Part shown: positions 44,873 to 51,707 of the stretch, piece by piece
How positions within the stretch are numbered: position 1 is the first letter of the stretch
Layout: every line of letters begins with the position of its first letter
Source: Gammaproteobacteria bacterium
GTDB taxonomy: Bacteria > Pseudomonadota > Gammaproteobacteria > JBOHHR01
DNA length: 51,707 nucleotides
Direction: 5' to 3'
Assembly: GCA_050740975.1 (NCBI GenBank)
Contig: JBOIEE010000011.1
Location: forward strand, 1 to 51,707
Position numbers and translations under genes: made by a program
Notes under the pieces: model-generated
Databases searched by the model: none
Told to the model about the DNA's origin: nothing
Seen by the model: only the letters and a program-made list of their open reading frames with translations

Positions 44873-45280
44873 ATGGTAAAGCTCATTTCCTTTATTGTTT
44901 TTCTCGTGTTCGCTTTTGTCGTTACGTTTTTAGGGATCGTTCCGTGGGTCACGCAGTTCATGCAATCCGAAACTGCGGACAAGATGTTCGCCGTGTTCTC
45001 TTCGTCAAAGGAGGATGGAACCGACCGGTCCGATATCGCCGTTGACAAGTGTAGACAATTCGTTAGAGCGGAATCGGAAAACGCAACGACCGCCGACGTT
45101 GCTGGACAAAACCACCAAACCCAGTACCTTAACGACGGGGTTTACGCCGTGCGTGCCTACGTTACCGGGGACGCGAGTGGAGAGCGTGACATATACCACT
45201 GCGTGGTGCGCTACACTGGAGGCAGCGATGATGAGGAAGGAGAATGGAGCTTGGTGAGCCTAAAGCTCGGTGAGAAGTGA
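44873..45280 (+). CDS. Small hypothetical protein with an N-terminal transmembrane/signal anchor
   Basis: GGAGG lies 7 nt upstream of the ATG. The TM helix is LISFIVFLVFAFVVTFLGIV. I recognised no family. Confidence 0.5.
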   Translation: MVKLISFIVFLVFAFVVTFLGIVPWVTQFMQSETADKMFAVFSSSKEDGTDRSDIAVDKCRQFVRAESENATTADVAGQNHQTQYLNDGVYAVRAYVTGDASGERDIYHCVVRYTGGSDDEEGEWSLVSLKLGEK

Positions 45281-45365
45281 CGGCGCCCGGACGTTTTTTT
45301 TGGGCAGTTCGATTAATTCGAAGTGCCCGGCGGTATAGAAAAATCGCATTTTTGCTTTGCGAAGT

Positions 45366-45390
45366 GAAAAATTCCACGGTGGAATTTTTC
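45366..45390. terminator. AT-flanked hairpin between convergent genes (possible bidirectional terminator)
   Basis: gaaaaattccac-g-gtggaatttttc has 12-nt arms that are exact reverse complements, with an A-tract 5' and a T-tract 3'. It lies between 44873..45280(+) and the usp gene(-). Confidence 0.4.
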
Positions 45391-45439
45391 GAAGTGGTCT
45401 TTATTGGCTCGCCTTGCAAAATGACGAATCGCCAGGCTC

Positions 45440-45904
45440 CTAGGGCGCGAGGCGGGTGCGCTCCGCAGAGGGTACCGTTAGAACTGGAATAGGCGAACTG
45501 CGTACCACGCGCTCGGCCACACTTCCCATCAACAGATGGGCTAAACCGGTTCGTCCGTGGGTACCCATGACGATAAGATCAACACCGCCCTCTTCGGCGG
45601 CGCGGATGATCTCCGCATAGGGGATGCCCGACAACAAGCGCCCTGATATCTTTACCCCAGACGCTTGGTATTTTTCCACCAACTTGTCCAGGCGTTGCTG
45701 CACGTTAGCTTGGTATTCCGCCTCTAAAGTTGGGTTGACAGGCATGCTGAGATCGCCATCCTGCAAGGACAATGCGGGCGAATGGTGAACGTGCAAGAGC
45801 TCAACAGAGGCGTTCAAGGCCGTCGCCAAACCAATCGCGTAATCCAAGGTATGCTCGGAGAGCGCCGAAAAATCGGTGGCGATCAGCAATCTTCGAATCT
45901 GCAT
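45440..45904 (-). CDS. Universal stress protein (UspA family)
   Basis: LLIATDFS and LIVMGTHGRTGLAHLLMGSVAERVVRSSPIPVLTV are present. Confidence 0.85.
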   Translation of the reverse strand: MQIRRLLIATDFSALSEHTLDYAIGLATALNASVELLHVHHSPALSLQDGDLSMPVNPTLEAEYQANVQQRLDKLVEKYQASGVKISGRLLSGIPYAEIIRAAEEGGVDLIVMGTHGRTGLAHLLMGSVAERVVRSSPIPVLTVPSAERTRLAP

Positions 45905-45926
45905 CTACGCTGTGATAATACTCCCA

Positions 45927-46544
45927 TCAGTGTGATTTGAACACAGCGGATCCTCTCCCCGCAAACAAAGGAACAAGTGCCATTCCGGCAACGAATCCAC
46001 TGACATGGGCCAACCACGCCACCTCATCGTTCTTGCCTGGCTCCATGAGAAAGGATGCCGCGAATTGGGTAAAGAAATAAAACACCAGTGCGCCGGTCAT
46101 GATTCGTTTGTGCGCAAACAAGGGGAGACACGCCCCCAGGATCCCGAATATAGCCCCGCTGGCGCCAATAAGTGGGATTTCGGAGTCGGGAGCGACGACT
46201 GCTTGCGCTAAGCCGGAAAACGCCCCGCAGGTAATGAAGAAAGCCAGAAATCGCAATCGCCCCAGCGTTCCTTCCACGCGGCTTCCAAAGAAGCCCAAAA
46301 AGACCATATTAACCAGAAGATGCTGCCAGCGAGCGTGCACAAACAGGTGCGTGATCAGGGTCAACAGAGGAGGAATATTCAAGAGCTCTGGAGACAGCTG
46401 GGCGCGGTCAAAAAGCACCGCCGGTATCATCCCGAGGCTCAGTATCAACACGTGATTGCGATAATCTCCAGTAAGGCTCTGGCCTAAAAAAACGAGCACA
46501 CAGCCCGCAACCAGAAGGTAACTCACGAGCGGAAACCTGCGCAT
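45927..46544 (-). CDS. Rhomboid family intramembrane serine protease
   Basis: Polytopic protein. HARWQHLLVNM, the catalytic Ser in GASGAIFGILGA and the catalytic His in AHVSGFVAGMA are present. Confidence 0.8.
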   Translation of the reverse strand: MRRFPLVSYLLVAGCVLVFLGQSLTGDYRNHVLILSLGMIPAVLFDRAQLSPELLNIPPLLTLITHLFVHARWQHLLVNMVFLGFFGSRVEGTLGRLRFLAFFITCGAFSGLAQAVVAPDSEIPLIGASGAIFGILGACLPLFAHKRIMTGALVFYFFTQFAASFLMEPGKNDEVAWLAHVSGFVAGMALVPLFAGRGSAVFKSH

Positions 46545-46695
46545 AAGCGGCGATGATCTTACGTAAAACCGCCATCATTCTAACCCCTCGACGTCGCGTG
46601 TTGCAGGACCCCGTCCAAATTTGCTCTCAAATCCCGCGGCAGAGGCCTAAATTCGGGGGCTCCTTTGCCCCACGGCAGACCGCTTAGCCAAACGT

Positions 46696-49683
46696 TTACG
46701 AGGCCTCCCTAATGAACGCTTTTTTCGTGCTGGAGCGATGATGGTGTGCAAATGCCTCTTTCACTTGAGCACGCAGGTCTTCATCGTCCCAAGGCTTGCT
46801 CATAAATTTGTAGATCCAGCCCTTATTGACCGCTTTGGTAATCGTTTCGGGTTCAGCATGGCCCGTTAGTATGATGCGCACCGTTTCTGGATGGAGCTCT
46901 TTCACTCTACTTAGAAATTCGATGCCATCCATCTCAGGCATGACCTGGTCGGAGACCACAACCTGCACCGGGTGGGTCGCCAACAGTTCCAGCCCGGCGC
47001 GCGCGCTTTCCGCACTCAACACATCGCGGTTGTCTTGCTCGAGCAAGCGACATAGCACAGCCAGCACCACTGGATCGTCATCTACGATCAGAAGCGTCTG
47101 CCGGCTAGGCTTGTTAAACTTGTTGAATATCAGTCGCTTATCTTGCTCCAATAGCTGTGTTGCTGCGTCCTTGCAAAGCGGTTTACAAAAGTAATAGCCC
47201 TGTATCTCATCGCATCCTTGGCGCGCAAGGTAGAGCAGTTGGCCCTCGGTTTCTACGCCTTCGGCAATCGCTTTGAGCTTAAGGCTATGGGCCATAGAGA
47301 TGATAGTCACAGCGATCGCGGCATCGTCGGGATCAACGGTCACATTGTTGATAAAGGATCGGTCGATCTTCAGTTTGTCGAAAGGAAAGTGCTTAAGGTA
47401 GCTCAAGCTGGAGTAGCCGGTTCCGAAATCGTCGATCGAGATGTGGACACCGATTTCCTTCAAACGGCGCAGCTTGGTCATCATCTCCTTTGGGTCCTGC
47501 ATCACTGAGCTTTCCGTGAGCTCCAGCTCAAGAAAGTGGGGATCGAGACCGGTCTCGTCCACGACCCGAGCGACGCTGTCTTCTAACTGGTCGAATTGCC
47601 GGGCAGAAACGTTAACCGCAACAGGAATGGGTTTCGAGATCCCGGTATCTATCCACTCCTTGGCTTGCTTGCACGCCTGGCGCATTACCCATTCGCCCAT
47701 CGGAACGATCAGGCCGCTCTCCTCGGCAAGAGGAATAAACTGCACCGGAGAAATCACGCCGCGCTCTGGATGTTGCCAGCGCACTAACGCTTCCATGCCG
47801 GTGATCCGCCCGCTTTTGAGGTCCACTTGAGGTTGGTAGAAAAGGGTAATCTCGTCGCGTTCTAAGGCCCGCCGTAACTCGCTTTCCATCTCGACTCGCT
47901 TGGAAACCGAGGCCCCTATTCTGGTTTCGTAGAAACAATACCGATCGCGACCCAATGCCTTAGCGCGTGACAGCGCCATGTCGGCCTGCTTGATCAGCGT
48001 CCTATCATCTTGAGCGTCGTTGGGAAAGGTTGCGATCCCTATGCTGCTGCCCACGTAGACCTGTTGTCCCAGGAAGGAAAACGGGGTAGCGACGGCTTTT
48101 CGGATCTTTTCCGCTACCTGCGCGGCGATCTCCGCAGAGCCGATGTTCTCCAGGATCACACTGAACTCATCCTCTCCGATGCGCGCTACCGAATTGCTCC
48201 CTCGTACACAGCACTGGATCCGTTCCCCAACCGCCTTTAACAGCAGATCGCCGAACTCATGGCCGAGCGCATCGTTCACCAGCTTGAACCGGTCCAGGTC
48301 GAGAAACAGCAAAGCATGCACATGCTGATCCTCGCGCGGCCTGTTGATCACCGCTTGCAGGTGGTCATGGAACATGTTGCGGTTTGGCAACAAGGTTAGC
48401 CCATCTCGGTAGGCGAGTTGGCGCACCCGTTTCTCGGCATAGCAGGCATTAAGCAGCCTCGCCACCCGCTGACGCAGCACAGAAAAATGTACAGGTTTGG
48501 CGATATAGTCACTGGCGCCGCAAGAAAAAGCTCTGTCTATCGCGTGTTCGTCGTCCAGCGCGGTGACGATCAAGACAGGGATATCGGAGCCACCCGGCAG
48601 CTCCCGTATATGACCGCACGCGGTGAAGCCGTCCATCACGGGCATCACGGCGTCCATGAGGATCAGATCCGGCAGCTGTCGCTGGCAAAAAGCGACCCCC
48701 TTGGCGCCGTTGTCCGCCTCTTCGACCTGATAACCGTATTCTGTAAGCACATGGCGTAATGTGTGGCGCAGCCCTCGATCGTCGTCGACGACAAGAACTC
48801 GGGGCGCTTCTTGTCGGACAGTACTGTCGAATGTCTGCCGCACCCTGGGCTCGTGCCCGTTGCGCAAAGAGGCCGCACCCCGCTCAGGCTGATGCTCACG
48901 CGCTTCGAGAACCGCCATCAGGGTATTGAAGGAGTTTCCCATCTCGACGATGTCTTTCGTTCCCTGTAGCTTCGCGCGAATATTCATTTCTCCTGCTTCT
49001 GCGCGCTTCATGATGTCACCCAGGTTTCTTAGCGGGGCCGTCAGCCGTCCCGTGGTTGCGAGCAAGACCAGGAGCAGTAAGGAGGCGAAAGTGAACGACA
49101 CCCCCAGATTGGCCCTTAGAATCCTCCCCGCAAGGGAGCGTATGCCTTCCTTTCCCATCACCACACGCACGTACCCAAGGAGTTCCGCCGCGTGTGGGAT
49201 GGTGGCGAACGGCGGGTGGCGGTCCTCCCTGCTGTTCCTCTGAGCGTGCACGGGTGCGACAAAATACCAGTGCTCCTTTGTCGCGCGATCCAGGTTTAGG
49301 CGCTTTGGCCATTGAGCGGGACTCTCTGGGGGTAGGCTGGCGACGCCCTTAGCGAGCAGTAGCTCATGAGCCGGATCGAAAACACCTACCCCCCGCACTC
49401 CGGGAAAGGCCATTATCGCCTCGATTGCCTCCTTGGCGCTTTCCGGACTTCGGTAGAGCAAGGCCAGCGTGCTCTGCGCGGCTAGGGTCTGGGTGGCTCT
49501 TCGTCCCTGCCCAATAATAATATGGTCGCGCAGAAGCGCATTGGAGAGCGAAGAGACCGTCAGGGATGAAGCCAAAGCGAAGCAACCGATACCGACAGTG
49601 AAAACCAGCACCAACTGCTGACGGAAGCCAATGCAGCTCATCCTCGAGGCAACCGATTTCAATTCCTTTGCTGATTTAGCCAC
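46696..49683 (-). CDS. Membrane sensor - HAMP - REC - GGDEF(degenerate) - EAL - REC c-di-GMP signalling protein
   Basis: There are two TM segments around a ~150-aa extracytoplasmic region. The HAMP is LTAPLRNLGDIMKRAEAGE. REC1 is VLVVDDDRGL...DLILMDAVMPVMDG. The GGDEF domain has ARIGEDEFSVIL. The EAL domain has GMEALVRW, DDFGTGYSSLSYL and AEGVETEGQ. REC2 is LLIVDDDPVVL...VVVSDQVMPEMDG. Confidence 0.85.
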   Translation of the reverse strand: MAKSAKELKSVASRMSCIGFRQQLVLVFTVGIGCFALASSLTVSSLSNALLRDHIIIGQGRRATQTLAAQSTLALLYRSPESAKEAIEAIMAFPGVRGVGVFDPAHELLLAKGVASLPPESPAQWPKRLNLDRATKEHWYFVAPVHAQRNSREDRHPPFATIPHAAELLGYVRVVMGKEGIRSLAGRILRANLGVSFTFASLLLLVLLATTGRLTAPLRNLGDIMKRAEAGEMNIRAKLQGTKDIVEMGNSFNTLMAVLEAREHQPERGAASLRNGHEPRVRQTFDSTVRQEAPRVLVVDDDRGLRHTLRHVLTEYGYQVEEADNGAKGVAFCQRQLPDLILMDAVMPVMDGFTACGHIRELPGGSDIPVLIVTALDDEHAIDRAFSCGASDYIAKPVHFSVLRQRVARLLNACYAEKRVRQLAYRDGLTLLPNRNMFHDHLQAVINRPREDQHVHALLFLDLDRFKLVNDALGHEFGDLLLKAVGERIQCCVRGSNSVARIGEDEFSVILENIGSAEIAAQVAEKIRKAVATPFSFLGQQVYVGSSIGIATFPNDAQDDRTLIKQADMALSRAKALGRDRYCFYETRIGASVSKRVEMESELRRALERDEITLFYQPQVDLKSGRITGMEALVRWQHPERGVISPVQFIPLAEESGLIVPMGEWVMRQACKQAKEWIDTGISKPIPVAVNVSARQFDQLEDSVARVVDETGLDPHFLELELTESSVMQDPKEMMTKLRRLKEIGVHISIDDFGTGYSSLSYLKHFPFDKLKIDRSFINNVTVDPDDAAIAVTIISMAHSLKLKAIAEGVETEGQLLYLARQGCDEIQGYYFCKPLCKDAATQLLEQDKRLIFNKFNKPSRQTLLIVDDDPVVLAVLCRLLEQDNRDVLSAESARAGLELLATHPVQVVVSDQVMPEMDGIEFLSRVKELHPETVRIILTGHAEPETITKAVNKGWIYKFMSKPWDDEDLRAQVKEAFAHHHRSSTKKAFIREAS

Positions 49684-49964
49684 TTGTTGTCAGGGATGGT
49701 TTAGCCACGACGTGCCCTAGAAAAAAAGTCCGCCCCCCGGTCGGCGCTTCATTGTTTAAAGATATAGACAAGGCACCCACAATATTCGAGTTCGGTAAGG
49801 AACTAGTGGCGACCTAATGGTGATTCGGAGGGATTTCTAAAGATATTTACGCGATCTGGAAAGTCTGGAGTTACTTTAAGGGTGGGCGAACATGCACCGC
49901 TTGGGGTACACTCTGCTAACATGTGAAGGGCGATTGCATCGAATGGACGGAGAAGGCGTTTTTG

Positions 49965-50684
49965 ATGAGTAAACAAGGGGCTTATTTGTTTGTACTGCTT
50001 GCAGCGGTGGCCGCTCCCGTCGGCGCCGATGCGGATCTGGAGCAGCGGCTCGCGACAAAGGTGAAGTCGATCCTCCCGGACGCCGAGATCCAGGCCGTTT
50101 CAGCCTCTGCTATTCCGGGGATATACGAGGTTATCGTCAACGGCGATCTCTTGTATTTAACCGGCGATGGGCGTTTTGCCTTACAGGGAGAACTGATGGA
50201 CCTGGAACAGCGTCGCAATCTGAGCGAAGAACGCCGCTCCGAAGTGCGACGGCTGGCGCTTGGCGCTGTCGATGTGAATAAAACGATCGAGTTCGCGCTC
50301 CAGAGCCCCAAGCACGTTCTTTATGTATTCACCGACGTGGATTGCGCTTATTGTAGACGGATGCACGCGGAGATCGATCAGCTACTCCAAGCCGGTGTCA
50401 GCGTACGCTATCTCGCATACCCGCGGGCTGGTTTAGGTTCCGAATCGTACAATAAAACAGTATCTGTGTGGTGTGCCAAGGATCGCAAACAGGCCCTGAC
50501 CGATGCCAAGCTGGGCAAGTCTATCGAAGCCGCTACATGCGATGCCCCAGTGGCGGAACAATTCAACCTTGGCCAGCGCTTAGGCGTTAAGGGCACGCCC
50601 GCGACCTTCCTGGAGAGCGGGGAGCAAGTGGGCGGTTACGTTCCGCCACAGCAATTGCTCGAGTATCTTAATAAAGGCTCGTAA
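49965..50684 (+). CDS. dsbC: Thiol:disulfide interchange protein DsbC-like
   Basis: There is a signal peptide (LFVLLAAVAAPVGADA), an N-terminal dimerisation-like region and the thioredoxin CxxC motif FTDVDCAYCRRMH. GTPATFL is also present. The ATG is at 49965. Confidence 0.75.
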   Translation: MSKQGAYLFVLLAAVAAPVGADADLEQRLATKVKSILPDAEIQAVSASAIPGIYEVIVNGDLLYLTGDGRFALQGELMDLEQRRNLSEERRSEVRRLALGAVDVNKTIEFALQSPKHVLYVFTDVDCAYCRRMHAEIDQLLQAGVSVRYLAYPRAGLGSESYNKTVSVWCAKDRKQALTDAKLGKSIEAATCDAPVAEQFNLGQRLGVKGTPATFLESGEQVGGYVPPQQLLEYLNKGS

Positions 50685-50701
50685 CCCAAAAGTTCGACGT
50701 T

Positions 50702-51406
50702 TTAGGGCAGGCCACTGAAGCTTTCGATCATCGCCGTATCCGTAGCGCCGTTTTTCCGCTTGTCCAAGCGCACCGGGAGATAGCGTAAGGCAGGGGCGCA
50801 CCAGAGGGTGGTGGACCGGTTTGGCTTTTCGTTGGTCCGTTCCAGCTTGAGGGTCTTCAGCTTTCCGATCGGGGTTTCAAGGACCTCCTCGCCCACGGCC
50901 GCAAAGCGATAGATTTTGATCTCGTCTTCGTCTACAAAGACGTATTCCAACAGCCGCTTACCGGCTTGAAGATCCGACATGATCGCAAGTTGATAGCTTA
51001 ATTTGTCCAATAGGCCGGGACGGGCCTCCAGACGCCAGGTTTCCTTGCCGTTACTACCCAGGATAAGGCCGTTGCTCCAATCGAAACGTACTGTAATCGA
51101 TTTTGGTTTGCTACCGCTGCGAACGTAGGAGTAACTCTGGGAATAGACCTGGTTTCCCGCGAGGTTCCAGCGGCTTTGCTCGATGATCTGGCCTGGCACA
51201 ACCAGTTTAGCCACACCCGTAGCCCTGCTCTGGGACTCAAATATATAATCCCCGTTGGCCTGCCTGCTAAGGTGGCGGGTCATGGTGGCAAAACGCAACC
51301 CATGGGTGGACAGCGAATAGGCAACGGTAAATGGTGCTGGGGTCGCTGTTGGCCCTGCTGCTTCGGCCAGCCCTAGGGTGAAGATGAACACAAGGCCTAG
51401 GAGCAC
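50702..51406 (-). CDS. DUF3108-like exported protein
   Basis: A signal peptide is followed by a beta-rich sequence resembling DUF3108 (YSLSTHGLRFATMTR...GDYIFESQSRATG). This is recognised from memory only. Confidence 0.45.
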   Translation of the reverse strand: MLLGLVFIFTLGLAEAAGPTATPAPFTVAYSLSTHGLRFATMTRHLSRQANGDYIFESQSRATGVAKLVVPGQIIEQSRWNLAGNQVYSQSYSYVRSGSKPKSITVRFDWSNGLILGSNGKETWRLEARPGLLDKLSYQLAIMSDLQAGKRLLEYVFVDEDEIKIYRFAAVGEEVLETPIGKLKTLKLERTNEKPNRSTTLWCAPALRYLPVRLDKRKNGATDTAMIESFSGLP

Positions 51407-51496
51407 CCGCGTTCAGGGCAAATCAGCACGTGCCCGCTTGCAAGCTGATTACTTGGGGTTCCATACCGCACGCATTATAGGTGCTGGGAAAACCGC

Positions 51497-51707
51497 ATGA
51501 ACAGTCCTGTTTTGTTGGCATTGGAGGGCGCCCGTGTTCTGGTGGTCGGAGATGTCATCTTGGACCGCTATTGGTACGGAACGACCAGGCGTATATCGCC
51601 CGAAGCACCGGTCCCTGTCGTTCAGGTGCAACGCACCGAGGAGCGCGCGGGGGGAGCGGGTAATGTCGCCTTGAACGTGCGCAGCCTCGGCGGACAGGCG
51701 GTACTGA
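51497..51707 (+). CDS. hldE: Bifunctional D-beta-D-heptose 7-phosphate kinase / heptose 1-phosphate adenylyltransferase, N-terminal part (runs off the window)
   Basis: My translation from the ATG at 51497 gives [70 protein letters not shown], a typical HldE/RfaE N-terminus. It is not in the track because there is no stop in the window. Confidence 0.85.
   Translation, partial: MNSPVLLALEGARVLVVGDVILDRYWYGTTRRISPEAPVPVVQVQRTEERAGGAGNVALNVRSLGGQAVL

Overview
This 51.7-kb window reads as gammaproteobacterial-type chromosomal DNA, densely coding on both strands. I saw no rRNA, tRNA, CRISPR array, transposase or integrase.

Housekeeping blocks:
- surA-lptD
- a prkA(yeaG)-yeaH-spoVR(ycgB) operon
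- kynA, prpC-prpD, mtnA/mtaD, rnt
- rhodanese-secB-gpsA, gpmI-ctp, dsbC, hldE

Accessory-looking content:
1. Three collinear minus-strand ORFs at 10146-13078 reassemble into one ~977-aa protein. It has a lipase-like alpha/beta-hydrolase, a NACHT (STAND) NTPase and a helical C-terminal domain. This is an NLR-like, defence-type architecture, and it is my best candidate for a novel system. It is interrupted by one -1 frame step in an A-run and one in-frame TAG inside the NACHT winged-helix motif.
2. A translationally coupled cluster at 15153-19685 encodes a type III PKS, a methyltransferase, an FAD oxidoreductase, an ACP and a KAS. It is probably a phenolic-lipid cluster and sits divergent from a disrupted fadD.
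3. An MBOAT O-acyltransferase lies with a membrane-anchored SGNH-like partner and a hexapeptide-acetyltransferase remnant.
4. A single polypeptide fuses PAS-PAS-HisKA_3 kinase to a NarL-type response regulator. Its H-box His appears to be Arg.
5. An orphan ligD lies next to a vapBC toxin-antitoxin pair that has upstream direct repeats and a near-consensus promoter implying a leaderless antitoxin mRNA.
6. A HAMP-REC-GGDEF(degenerate)-EAL-REC protein.

Caveat: fadD and mtnA each carry two frameshifts, and all of them sit in short homopolymer runs. Assembly error is therefore at least as likely as real gene decay.

All family calls rest on motif recognition by eye. No searches were run.
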